Positions 34,037-43,280 of a stretch of 48,340 nucleotides of DNA are shown here, in pieces. Position numbers and translations under genes: made by a program. Origin of the DNA: an uncultured Halobacteriales archaeon (GTDB taxonomy: Archaea; Halobacteriota; Halobacteria; Halobacteriales; SW-7-71-33). Where the stretch lies: contig CAZQHW010000002.1 of assembly GCA_964593395.1 (NCBI GenBank), forward strand, positions 1 through 48,340, read 5' to 3'. Every line of letters begins with the position of its first letter. The stretch's first letter is position 1. Below the pieces are notes generated by a model. That model was not told where the DNA came from. It did no database searches and saw nothing but the letters and a program-made list of their open reading frames with translations.

Positions 34037-35130
34037 GCACCGACGACCCCACCGGCGAGAGGGCCGACCCCGGCTCCACCGCGGGCGACCGCTACGGCGG
34101 ACCGGTACTCGAGATCGAGAACCTCCACGCCTACTTCCAGACCGATGGCAAGGACGTGAAAGCCGTCGACGGTGTCTCGCTCACGGTCGACGAGGGCGAG
34201 ACGGTCGCGCTGGTCGGCGAGAGCGGCTCCGGAAAGACCGTCACCAGCGAGGCGGTCACGCGCCTGTTCAAGACCCCGCCGGGGTACATCCCCGAGGGGT
34301 CGGTCAGGATCCACGGTAACGAGGTCACGGAGATGAGCGAGGAGCAACTGCGCGTGCTCCGGCGCGGACAGGTGAGTCACATCTTCCAGAACCCACAGGG
34401 GGCGCTCAACCCCGTCTACACGGTGGGCTGGCAGATCCGCGAGGCCGTCCGACTCACCCAGGACGTCACCGAGGAGGAGGCCCGCAAGCGCGCCGTCGAA
34501 CTGCTGACTCAGGTCGGCATCCCCGAGGCCAGTTCGCGGCTCGACGACTACCCACACGAGTTCTCCGGCGGCATGAAACAACGGGTCATCATCGCTATCG
34601 CGCTGGCCTGCGAGCCCGACCTGTTGATCGCGGACGAGCCAACAACCGCGCTGGACGTTACCATCCAGGCGCAGATCCTGAAACTGCTCAAGCGGCTCCA
34701 GGACGAGCGTAACATGTCGATGCTGTTCATCACCCACGACCTCGGCGTGGTTGCCGAGGTGGCCGACCGCGTCGTCGTGATGTACGCGGGCAAGGTGATG
34801 GAGCGTGGCCCCGTCGAGGACGTGTTCCAGAACCCGGCTCACCCGTACACGCGAGCCCTTCTAGAGTGTCTGCCCGGCCAGGGTGACCTCGGTGGGATCC
34901 CCGGGCAGTTGCCGAACCCGCGGTCGCCACCGGACGGCTGCCGGTTCGCCGCCCGCTGTGACCACGAGGTAGAGGAGTGTCACGAGGGCGAGCAACCGCC
35001 GATGCACCGGATCGGCAGCAACGACCACGTCGCCTCTTGTGTGCACCTGGCGCCGGGGCGGGACTCGAGTGTCGTACTCGGGAGTCGCGACCGCACGGCG
35101 ACCGACGGTGGCAGGGGTGGTGACCGATGA
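34033..35130 (+). CDS. ABC transporter ATP-binding protein (DppD/OppD-like)
   Basis: ATGA overlap with the upstream gene. Walker A is GESGSGKT, the signature is FSGGMKQR, and Walker B is [12 protein letters not shown]. The C-terminal Cys motif is [15 protein letters not shown]...ASCVHL. Confidence 0.95.
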   Translation: MSTDDPTGERADPGSTAGDRYGGPVLEIENLHAYFQTDGKDVKAVDGVSLTVDEGETVALVGESGSGKTVTSEAVTRLFKTPPGYIPEGSVRIHGNEVTEMSEEQLRVLRRGQVSHIFQNPQGALNPVYTVGWQIREAVRLTQDVTEEEARKRAVELLTQVGIPEASSRLDDYPHEFSGGMKQRVIIAIALACEPDLLIADEPTTALDVTIQAQILKLLKRLQDERNMSMLFITHDLGVVAEVADRVVVMYAGKVMERGPVEDVFQNPAHPYTRALLECLPGQGDLGGIPGQLPNPRSPPDGCRFAARCDHEVEECHEGEQPPMHRIGSNDHVASCVHLAPGRDSSVVLGSRDRTATDGGRGGDR

Positions 35131-36455
35131 GCGCCGACCCCCTGCTTCGGATCTCGGACCTGAAAAAGCACTACCCCATCACAAAGGGGATGCTCAACAC
35201 CGAGGTCGGGCGTGCCCGTGCGGTCGACGGGATCAGCTTCGAGGTGCGTGCCGGCGAGACCTTCGGGATCGTCGGCGAGTCCGGTTGTGGAAAGTCGACG
35301 GCGGCGACCTCGATGCTGCGACTGGAGGAGCCGACCGACGGCGAGGTGCTGTTCGAGGGCGAGAACATCCTCGACTACGACACCAAGCGCCTGCGTCGTT
35401 TCCGCCGCGAGGCGCAGATGATCTTCCAAGACCCCGAGTCCTCGTTCAACCCCCGGATGAACGTCGGCAGCGCGGTCGCCGAACCGCTAATCGTCCAGGG
35501 GATGACCGACAGAGACCGCCGCCGTGAGATCGTCGGCGACCTCTTGGAGCGAGTCGGCCTGTCGGCCGACGACATGAAGCGGTACCCACACGAGTTCTCC
35601 GGCGGCCAGAAGCAACGTATCGGCCTCGCGCGGGCCCTGACGGTGAACCCGAAGCTACTGGTCGCCGACGAACCGGTCAGCGCGCTTGACGTGTCCGTCC
35701 AGTCCGAGGTGCTCCGTCTCATAAACGGCTTCCAGGAGGAACTCGGGCTGGCCGTGGTGCTCATCAGCCACGACCTCGGTGTCGTCCGCGAGATCTGTGA
35801 CCGGGTCGCGGTGATGTACCTCGGTGAGTTCGTCGAGGTGGGGCCCACGGAGGAACTGTTCGAGAACCCAAAACACCCGTACACCCGAGCGCTCCTGTCG
35901 GCGATCCCCACGCCGGACCCGACCGACCGCGGACTCGGCGTCGAACTCACGGGCGACGTGCCCGACCCGTCGAACCCACCCAGCGGCTGCCGGTTCCACA
36001 CCCGGTGTCCGGAGGTCATCCTCCCCGAGGGCGTCGAGTTGCCCCAGGAGGACTGGCGACACCTGTTGCAGTTCCGCAAGCAGGTCGAGATGGACGCCGT
36101 CGACATCGACAGCATCGTCGAGGTGGGAGCAATCGAGTCCCAGCAGTCGTACGACAACCCCGAGGAGCTCTCGACCGAGGACGTTCCCGAGACCGACCTG
36201 AAGCGGTGGGTCCGCGACGAGTACGAACTCCCGCGGTCGCTGTCGGACGCCACCGCCGAGTCGGCGCTGTCGGACGCGCTCGACCAGTTGGTGACCGGTC
36301 GCTCCGGGGCCGCCGCCGAGACGCTCGCGGCCGACCTCACGACGGTGTGTGAGGTGGAGGAGCCGGAGCTCACTTCCCGGGGCTCCGGTCGGGTGGCCGC
36401 CTGCCACCTCGACGAGGGGACTCGCACGGTGTCGCCCGAGATACTCTCGGACTGA
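35127..36455 (+). CDS. ABC transporter ATP-binding protein (DppF/OppF-like) with a ~110-aa insertion in the C-terminal Cys-motif domain
   Basis: ATGA overlap with the upstream gene. Walker A is GESGCGKST, the signature is FSGGQKQR, and Walker B is [20 protein letters not shown] is separated from TVCEV...AACHL by ~113 codons. Confidence 0.9.
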   Translation: MSADPLLRISDLKKHYPITKGMLNTEVGRARAVDGISFEVRAGETFGIVGESGCGKSTAATSMLRLEEPTDGEVLFEGENILDYDTKRLRRFRREAQMIFQDPESSFNPRMNVGSAVAEPLIVQGMTDRDRRREIVGDLLERVGLSADDMKRYPHEFSGGQKQRIGLARALTVNPKLLVADEPVSALDVSVQSEVLRLINGFQEELGLAVVLISHDLGVVREICDRVAVMYLGEFVEVGPTEELFENPKHPYTRALLSAIPTPDPTDRGLGVELTGDVPDPSNPPSGCRFHTRCPEVILPEGVELPQEDWRHLLQFRKQVEMDAVDIDSIVEVGAIESQQSYDNPEELSTEDVPETDLKRWVRDEYELPRSLSDATAESALSDALDQLVTGRSGAAAETLAADLTTVCEVEEPELTSRGSGRVAACHLDEGTRTVSPEILSD

Positions 36456-36505
36456 CGCCTGCGACGTCGCGACGGATTTTTGCCCTTCTCGTGACACCGA
36501 CGTGT

Positions 36506-36985
36506 ATGGACGAGGCCGAGGACACTGTCGACCGCCAGGCCGAGGCGTCCGACGACCGGCGACCCCGAAACCACGACCACCAGCGGGGCCGACATCGGTT
36601 CGACCCCGTGACCGGCGCCGTCGGCGTGGACGACCCCACCGAGGTCGACGACGAGGTGCGCCCGCCGCGCCCGGACGAGGCCGACCCGGACCCCGAGCAC
36701 GAGGCACAGTTGTCCTTACAGCACGAGCCAGCAGTGGGCACCGGCCAGCGCGTCGAGGAGCCGGACACGCCCTGGCTCGTCGACGCCGTCGGCCAACTCG
36801 GGGTGCGACTCGGTGTCGTCAGCGTCCTGTTGGCCCTGCTCGGCATCGCCGCCGCCGGTGTCGGGATGCAGCCCTTTGGCAACGTCGCCATCGTCGCCTC
36901 GCTCGTGATGGTGTCGGTGGCGATGCTGCTGGGGATGCTGTTCCAGGCGTACACCGGGACCGTCATGCCCGACACCGGCCCCTGA
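36506..36985 (+). CDS. membrane protein: acidic/basic N-terminal region plus two C-terminal TM helices
   Basis: Lies within ORF 36491..36985. The ATG at 36506 lies ~28 nt downstream of a gatttttg box. The TM segments are LGVVSVLLALLGIAAAGVG and IVASLVMVSVAMLLGMLF. Confidence 0.65.
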   Translation: MDEAEDTVDRQAEASDDRRPRNHDHQRGRHRFDPVTGAVGVDDPTEVDDEVRPPRPDEADPDPEHEAQLSLQHEPAVGTGQRVEEPDTPWLVDAVGQLGVRLGVVSVLLALLGIAAAGVGMQPFGNVAIVASLVMVSVAMLLGMLFQAYTGTVMPDTGP

Positions 36986-37411
36986 TCAGGTCTCTCGCTC
37001 CTCGAGAAAGTCGTGGGCCCTCTTCAGTATCTCACGGGGGCCGTCCTGCGTGACGGTGTTGACCGCCTGCTCGTAGTCCCGCCACTGGTGGTCGCGGTGC
37101 TCCTCGCTGAGTTCGGCGGAGGCCTCGAACGACTTCGCGATGAACAGGTGGACCGTCTTGTGGATCGTCTCCCCGTTTGCCTCGAACACGTAGTCGTAGT
37201 CCTTCCGGAAGCCGTCGAGCAGGCGGAAGTCCTCGATCCCGGCCTCCTCCTTTACCTCCCGGATCGCCGTCTGCTGTAGCTCTTCGTCGCCTTCGACCCC
37301 GCCCTTCGGGAACTCCCAGTCGCCCGGGCGTGATTTCATCAGCAGATACTCGCGCCGACCACGCGTGTCCCGAAACAGGACCGCGCCGGCGCTCGTCGCT
37401 TCGACCGTCAT
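36986..37411 (-). CDS. NUDIX hydrolase
   Basis: Lies within ORF 36986..37555, with the start taken at MTVEATSAGAVLF (rc of 37409-37411). The Nudix box is GGVEGDEELQQTAIREVKEEAGI. Confidence 0.85.
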   Translation of the reverse strand: MTVEATSAGAVLFRDTRGRREYLLMKSRPGDWEFPKGGVEGDEELQQTAIREVKEEAGIEDFRLLDGFRKDYDYVFEANGETIHKTVHLFIAKSFEASAELSEEHRDHQWRDYEQAVNTVTQDGPREILKRAHDFLEERET

Positions 37412-37570
37412 TACCTGACAGTAAGTGATCGGGCGTAATGAGGATACCGACGCTGTGCTCCCCGGGAATCCCCGTTCGAAGGTTTCTAAACTGAAACTGA
37501 CTCCGTTAGAACAACCTGAGAAATTACTGGCGAGTCGACCGACAAAGTAACGCAAAGAGCGGCGCTGAAC

Positions 37571-37630
37571 AGATATTTTACAATAACAAAGTACTAAATT
37601 AAGACTTATTATAGATAAATTTTATATACT
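37571..37630 (+). promoter_or_regulatory. 60-nt strongly AT-rich tract containing several TATA-like boxes; tttatata (37621-37628) is positioned for a leaderless start at 37653
   Basis: agatattttacaataacaaagtactaaattaagacttattatagataaattttatatact is about 15% GC in a genome that is otherwise very GC-rich. Confidence 0.6.
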
Positions 37631-37652
37631 GTGGGCGTGAGGAACCTTACCA

Positions 37653-40600
37653 ATGTCAGCGGGTTCGTCTCCCCGGGCGAGTGGTCGTCGTCCGGGTGGT
37701 GTCGCGGCAGTGCTGCTGTGTGGGGTGGTGGTGTTGCTGGCCGGGGTGCTGGCGCCGGTCCCGGTCGGAGCGACCGGCAGTGACACCGGCGGAAGCGCGC
37801 CGTCGGTCGAGGACTGCGAGACGACCGCGGCGGCCGACGCCGACGGACTCACCGTCACGGGGTGTCTCTCGGAGGGCGAGACGGAGACGCTCACGCTCGA
37901 CTCCCGGTTGGTCGGCGACGAGGCGACACTCGTCTTGCGTGGACCGAGCGGTGCGGACTTCGACCTGCTCGTGAGTAAAGACGGGAGCCGTCCCACGCTC
38001 GACAACGCCGACCGTACCTCGCGGGGCGCCGGTCCGGTCGAGCGACTCACCGTCGAGTCAGACGGCGAGGTCGCGGTCGCAGTCACGGCGGTCGACGGCG
38101 GCGGCGAGTTCACCCTCCAGGTTCGTTCGGGGAGCGCGGCCGACTCCGACCCGAGCGCTGAGTTCACCGTCACGCCCGGGGAACCCAGCGTCGGCGAACC
38201 GACCACGCTGCAGGCGACGCCGACGCCGGGGGCGACGTACCGCTGGAAGTTCGCCGACGGCACCAGCGCCCGCGGTTCGACGGTCGAGCACACCTTCGAG
38301 CGGCCAGGGGCCCAGCGCGTGCGGCTGACCGTCGTCGGCGAGAACGACACTGCAACGACGACGGAGACGGTGAACGTCTCCGGAGCGAGTGTCGGCCCGA
38401 CCGCGCGGATCGACGCCTCCGCGACGGCGGCGGCGGTCGGCGAGTCGGTCACCTTCGACGCCTCCGGCTCCTCGACGCCCGGCGACGCCACCTACCTGTG
38501 GCGGTTCGACGACGGTACGACCGCCCAGGGAGCCGTCGTCAAGCACGCCTTCGAGAACCCCGGGCCGCACGACGTGCATCTGACGGTGACGACGGACGCC
38601 GGCAGTGACACCGCCCTCCACACGGTGACCGTCGCCGGCAGCGGCGGGGCGATCACCCCCCGCGTCGACCTGGGGACCCGCGACGAGGGCGTCGTCTACC
38701 TCGGCGAGGCGGTGCGGGTGAGCGCCGCCGGGTCGACCGCCGCCGCCGGCATCGAGCGATACGCCTTTGAGTTCGGCGACGGCGAGGCGACGGCTGGCCC
38801 ATCGCCGTACGCCGTTCACCGGTACGACAGTCCGGGGACGCACACGCTCTCGCTGACCGTCACCGACGAGAACGGCGACACCCGCACCGTCACCCGCGAG
38901 GTGGAGGTGGTCCGGCCCCGCGTCGCCATCACCGGTGTCAGCGGCCTGGAGGACCCCGTGTTCGAGCCGATCGGCCTGTTCGCCAACTGTGGCGAACTCG
39001 GCGTCGTCAGGACCGAGACCGTCGGCACGGAGTCGGTCCAGCGCGTCGAGTTCACCGTCAGCGGTGAGACCTTCGTCGACGACACGCCCGCCGACGGGTT
39101 CACCATGCCCCGTGCGAAGTTCCCCAAGCCCGGTCGCGTCATGAAGGTGACCGCGGTGACAGAAAGCGGCCGCACCGACACGGTGACCGTGCCGGTCGAA
39201 CTGGCCGACGCCCCCGACGGACTCGTCGGCTATCTGGTCAACGCCGACCACCTGGTCAAGGGGTACAACAAGATAAACGGCAACGGGACCGACGTGCCCG
39301 CCTCGGTGGGCAACTGCGAACTGACCGTCACCTGGCCGACGTGGGCAAAGGACGTCTCGGACACCTTCGAGTCCGGACAGGGGTACGACCTCCCGGGCAA
39401 CGTTCAGGAGTACATCGAGCCGCCGAGTCAGGCGGCCTTTGCGACCCAGTTCCGCCTGCGGTACCGGCCCGGCCAGCGCCAGGTGACCGTCGGCGGCGCC
39501 GGCTCCGCCCAACTGCTGTTCCCGCCAAAGGAGACGAACGTCCAGACCGGCGTCTCGGTCAACGGCGTCTACACCGTCCCCGAGTGGAACCTCACGAACG
39601 TCGCCTTCGGCGGCACGATCGACGGCAACTATCACCTGGAGGACTGGGTGGTGCCGCTGCCGACGACCGAGGTCGACTTCGACTTCGACGGCCCCGAGGG
39701 TCCGATGCCCGGCGTCTCGCTCGGCCTGCCGCTCGACCTGGTGTTCGGCCCCGAACTGACCGTCTCCGGTGGGATCGCCCCCAGTTTCGAGCCGGACACG
39801 GTCAACGCCCGCCTCCAGGGAGAGGTGAGCCTTCGCGGCGAGGCCGGCGGCCGGATCGCCGCGATCGACACCCCCGTTGGCGAGTACGAGGTCGAGACCG
39901 GCTCCGCGTGGGCCGAGGGCGCCCTGCAGACCGACCGCATGCAGGTCGTTCCGTTCGACCCCACCCTCGCCGGGCAGTTCCTCGTCAACTACGGGGTGAA
40001 AGTCGACGTGCCCTTTGTTCCCTCCAGCGTGATGGACCCCTACAAGTGGGAGCGGACACACGAGTGGGACCTACAGCCCTCGGTCCGGCCCGCCGTCGGT
40101 AGCGGGATCGGCTCCGGCGCGGCGGCCGTCCGCACCGCCGCCGGCCACACCGTCACCGAGGACGTGGGTCGCCAGGCCGAACCACACCTGGGCGAGGTGT
40201 CGCCCGGTGCCCGCGTCGGCGACCCCGTCGTCGACACCGGCGCCGACGCGTCCACCGACGGGAACACGACACTTGCGGCCGGCCCGTCCGACGCCGCGCC
40301 GGTCGCGACCGGGTCACTGGACCCCGGCCTCGACGCGGCCCTGAACGCGAGTGACCGGGCGGCGGACAGCGCCACCGTGATCACCGCCGACCGCCTGCCC
40401 GACGGTGAGCCGTCGCTCTCGACGACCGACGACGGTTACCTCCTCGCGTGGAGTCACGAACCGGTCGACGAGACTGCGGGCCGCCAGATCCGGGTCGCCG
40501 CCGCCGGGCCCGACGGCTGGACCGACGCCGGCACCGTGACCGACGGGTCGGCGTACGACTCACAGCCCTCCGTCGCGTACTCGGCGGCGACCGGGGAGGC

Positions 40601-42767
40601 GATGGTCGTCTGGACACGGGTCGACACCTCGCTGGGGCCGGACGCGACCGGTGCGGACGCGATGAACGCCACGGAGGTGTACTACTCGCGGCTGACCGAC
40701 GGGACGTGGTCCGAGCCGCGCCCGCTCACCGACGACGCTGGGATGGACGTCGCGCCCCGCGTCGTGGCCCACGACGGCGGCTTCGTGGTCGTCTGGGCCG
40801 GCGTCACCGACTCCAACGGCGGCTCCTTCGCCGTCGAACACGTCCGTATCGGGGACGGCCCGGGCGAGGTGCACTCGCGGTCGGTGCCTCGCGTGCCGGT
40901 CCGGGTCGCCGCCGGCGACCGCGTCCGCGTGGCGTACATGGACTCGACGGCCGCCCAGGCCGACGGCGACGGTGCTGTGGTCACACTGGCCCGCGAGGGC
41001 GGCCGTCTCCGCGAGGTCGCCCGCTACGAGGCGCGAGGCCTGCGGTCGCTGTCGGTCGGCCCCGACGGCGTCGCCTGGGTCGGCACCGTCGACAACCGGA
41101 CCCGGGTGATGTACGGCGCAGGCGGCGAGAGCGAGCGGGTCGCCGGCGCGATGGACGTCTCCGCCGTCGGCGGCGTCCGTGTCGCGGAGGGCGACGGGTT
41201 CCCGGTGGTCACCTACCGGGGCGTGCCCGACGGCGCCGAGTCACGGCATCTGGTGTACGCCACCCGGCAGGGCGGCGAGTGGGTCGCCGAGAACGTCGTC
41301 GGCGGGACCGCCGCCGCCGACCTCGACCTCGCCGAGACGACCGTCGCCGGCGGCGAGACCGGCTTCGCCGCCGCCTTCACCGGACGGGCACTCACCCGCC
41401 CCGAGCAGAACCGCGACGTGTTCGCCGTCACCCACGAGTTCCGCCCGGACCTCACCGCCGACGCACAGACGGCCCGCCTGGACGACGACCGCCTGCAGGT
41501 GTCACTGTCGGTCAGGAACCGCGGCGAACTGGCCGCCGAGACCGTCCGCGTGCGGGTGGTGGGCGACGGTGAGACGCTGGCGACCCGCGAAGTCGGGTCG
41601 CTGGCGCCCGGCGAGCGGGCGACGGCGACCGTTGACGTCGACGAACCCGCGAGCGGGCAGGTCACGGTCGTCGCCGATCCAGTGGACGCGGTGACGGAAC
41701 GCTCCGAGCGCAACAACGCGACCAGCGCGGTGAGCGCCCGCGCCGACGCCGCCGTCACGGCGGTCGACGCCAGGCGCACCGGCGAGGAGACGGCGACCGT
41801 GTCCGCGACGGTCACCAACGGCGGCAGCGCCGTCGCGACCGACGTGACCGCGACGATGGCCGACGAGGCCGGCCCCGTCGAGGAGCGTCGCCTCGGGCGT
41901 CTCGGGGTCGGCGAGACCCGCACGGTCGAGTTCACGCTCGGCCTGGACCGCCTGGACCGCGCCGGCACGCGGGTCACCGTCGACGCTGCGACCGACGCCG
42001 ACGACATCAACGACAGCCTGCGCGTCCGGGGACTCCGCCCGGACCTCCAGGTGTTCGCGCCCGACGTGACGTTTCGCCCCGCCGGGGACCGCATCCTGAC
42101 GACCGTGCTCGTCACGAACGTCGGCGACGCCCGGGGCACCTACCCCGTTCGCGTGCGCCACGACGGCGCGGTGGTCGCGACCGCCGAGGCGACACTCGAC
42201 CGCGGCCTGCCGGCGGCGTCGAGCGACCGGGTCGCCGTGCGCCTGCCTGCGGACCTCTCCGGCGAGCAGGTGACCGTCGTCGCCGACGCCCCCGGCGACC
42301 GCCACCGCACCGACAACGCCGTCAGCGTGACCGTACCCTCGCTCCCGGGCGTCGACGAGGGCGCTCCGGGCGTCGAGACGTTCGACGCCGACGTCGAGGG
42401 CGACTCGGTCGTCGTCCGGTTCCGGGCCGACGAGCGTCTCGACCGCTCGGCGACGACGGTCGTCGTCGACGGCCCGGCGGGCGAGCGTCGTCTCTCCGGC
42501 GATGACCTCGTCCGGCGCGGCCCCGGGTTCACCTACCTCGCCCGCGTCGACGCCGACGAACCGGGCCGCTACGAGGCCACGCTGTCCCGGGCCGCCGACG
42601 AGGCCGGCAACACCGTCGACGACCGCCCCAGCGCCGTCGCCCGCGTCGCCGGTGCCGACGACCCGGGAACCGGCGTCGCCTCGCTCGTCGTCGCCGTTCT
42701 CGTAGTCGTTCTCGCCGGCGCCGTCCTCTACCGGCGTGTCGGCTCCGGCGGGCGAGTCGCCGGCTGA
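37653..42767 (+). CDS. giant (1704 aa) secreted cell-surface protein: signal peptide, PPC-like domain, 3 PKD repeats, unassigned ~480-aa beta-rich region, propeller-like repeats, 3 CARDB repeats, Ig-like module, C-terminal TM anchor
   Basis: The signal is MSAGSSPRASGRRPGGVAAVLLCGVVVLLAGVLAPVPVGA. PKD patterns are YRWKFADGT..G.TVEHTFERPG...V.LTV, YLWRFDDGT...HAFENPGPHDVHLTV and YAFEFGDGE...HRYDSPGTHTLSLTV. CARDB-like units end in ERSERNNA, DADDINDS and DRHRTDNA. The C-terminus is PGTGVASLVVAVLVVVLAGAVLYRRV. Confidence 0.9.
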   Translation: MSAGSSPRASGRRPGGVAAVLLCGVVVLLAGVLAPVPVGATGSDTGGSAPSVEDCETTAAADADGLTVTGCLSEGETETLTLDSRLVGDEATLVLRGPSGADFDLLVSKDGSRPTLDNADRTSRGAGPVERLTVESDGEVAVAVTAVDGGGEFTLQVRSGSAADSDPSAEFTVTPGEPSVGEPTTLQATPTPGATYRWKFADGTSARGSTVEHTFERPGAQRVRLTVVGENDTATTTETVNVSGASVGPTARIDASATAAAVGESVTFDASGSSTPGDATYLWRFDDGTTAQGAVVKHAFENPGPHDVHLTVTTDAGSDTALHTVTVAGSGGAITPRVDLGTRDEGVVYLGEAVRVSAAGSTAAAGIERYAFEFGDGEATAGPSPYAVHRYDSPGTHTLSLTVTDENGDTRTVTREVEVVRPRVAITGVSGLEDPVFEPIGLFANCGELGVVRTETVGTESVQRVEFTVSGETFVDDTPADGFTMPRAKFPKPGRVMKVTAVTESGRTDTVTVPVELADAPDGLVGYLVNADHLVKGYNKINGNGTDVPASVGNCELTVTWPTWAKDVSDTFESGQGYDLPGNVQEYIEPPSQAAFATQFRLRYRPGQRQVTVGGAGSAQLLFPPKETNVQTGVSVNGVYTVPEWNLTNVAFGGTIDGNYHLEDWVVPLPTTEVDFDFDGPEGPMPGVSLGLPLDLVFGPELTVSGGIAPSFEPDTVNARLQGEVSLRGEAGGRIAAIDTPVGEYEVETGSAWAEGALQTDRMQVVPFDPTLAGQFLVNYGVKVDVPFVPSSVMDPYKWERTHEWDLQPSVRPAVGSGIGSGAAAVRTAAGHTVTEDVGRQAEPHLGEVSPGARVGDPVVDTGADASTDGNTTLAAGPSDAAPVATGSLDPGLDAALNASDRAADSATVITADRLPDGEPSLSTTDDGYLLAWSHEPVDETAGRQIRVAAAGPDGWTDAGTVTDGSAYDSQPSVAYSAATGEAMVVWTRVDTSLGPDATGADAMNATEVYYSRLTDGTWSEPRPLTDDAGMDVAPRVVAHDGGFVVVWAGVTDSNGGSFAVEHVRIGDGPGEVHSRSVPRVPVRVAAGDRVRVAYMDSTAAQADGDGAVVTLAREGGRLREVARYEARGLRSLSVGPDGVAWVGTVDNRTRVMYGAGGESERVAGAMDVSAVGGVRVAEGDGFPVVTYRGVPDGAESRHLVYATRQGGEWVAENVVGGTAAADLDLAETTVAGGETGFAAAFTGRALTRPEQNRDVFAVTHEFRPDLTADAQTARLDDDRLQVSLSVRNRGELAAETVRVRVVGDGETLATREVGSLAPGERATATVDVDEPASGQVTVVADPVDAVTERSERNNATSAVSARADAAVTAVDARRTGEETATVSATVTNGGSAVATDVTATMADEAGPVEERRLGRLGVGETRTVEFTLGLDRLDRAGTRVTVDAATDADDINDSLRVRGLRPDLQVFAPDVTFRPAGDRILTTVLVTNVGDARGTYPVRVRHDGAVVATAEATLDRGLPAASSDRVAVRLPADLSGEQVTVVADAPGDRHRTDNAVSVTVPSLPGVDEGAPGVETFDADVEGDSVVVRFRADERLDRSATTVVVDGPAGERRLSGDDLVRRGPGFTYLARVDADEPGRYEATLSRAADEAGNTVDDRPSAVARVAGADDPGTGVASLVVAVLVVVLAGAVLYRRVGSGGRVAG

Positions 42768-42845
42768 CGGGCCCGTGGCGTCGCGCTCGTGTCCGTCGCC
42801 CCGGCATGTCGAGGCGGTGTGGCCGGCGTCCGGATCGCGGTGCGC

Positions 42846-42850
42846 TTTTT
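42846..42850 (+). terminator. oligo-T tract downstream of the giant gene (possible archaeal terminator)
   Basis: gcgcTTTTTacgg lies 79 nt after the stop codon. It could alternatively be part of the promoter of the next gene. Confidence 0.25.
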
Positions 42851-42891
42851 ACGGCGGCGTCGCACCGTCGTGTGTGGCCTTCGTGACGCGG

Positions 42892-43233
42892 ATGCGGCTG
42901 ACCAGCGGTGACCGGGACGCCCTCGACCGTGTGGTCGCGGACATAAAGGAGACCGCAGAGCGAAAGGGCATCGAGTTGACCGGCCCACACTCGCGGTCCC
43001 CGACGGACCTCTCCGTGCCGCGGTACCGTCGGTCCCCGCCCGGGGCGGCCAGCGAGGACGACGCCGCGGTCGCGACCGGGGACACCTTCGGGACGTGGCG
43101 GTACACGGTGTACGAGCGCGAACTGGAGATCGTGGGTCGGGACGAACTCGTCCGGCGGATCGCAGGCCAGGACTTCCCCGACGCCGTTCGCGTGGAGGTT
43201 GCAGTCGAGCGACGCACCGGCGCGGGCGGCTGA
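42892..43233 (+). CDS. ribosomal protein uS10 (S10/NusE) paralog, divergent, with an acidic insertion in the loop region
   Basis: Lies within ORF 42736..43233, with the start taken at MRLTSGDRDALDRVVADIKETAERKGIELTGP. This aligns by eye to the canonical archaeal S10 pattern (RL.G.....LD.V...I.EIA..TGV.LSGP.PLP...L.VP.RKSP.GEG..TWE.WEMR.H.R.I.I......). The region between PRYRRSPPG and GTWRYTVYEREL carries an extra stretch ASEDDAAVATGDTF. Confidence 0.7.
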   Translation: MRLTSGDRDALDRVVADIKETAERKGIELTGPHSRSPTDLSVPRYRRSPPGAASEDDAAVATGDTFGTWRYTVYERELEIVGRDELVRRIAGQDFPDAVRVEVAVERRTGAGG

Positions 43234-43280
43234 CCCGCCCCCCGCCCGAGGTGGACAGGTTCTTGACGCTGCCACCCCGT

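Noticed and set aside
37571-37630. AT-rich tract as a replication origin (DUE)
   Set aside because: There is no adjacent orc1/cdc6 gene, and I could not find ORB-type inverted repeats flanking the tract. A promoter or regulatory role is the simpler reading.
38058-40061. 667-aa ORF antisense to the giant surface-protein gene
   Set aside because: It shows typical shadow-ORF composition (Gly/Arg/Val/Asp runs). The sense frame has clear PKD/CARDB domain patterns.
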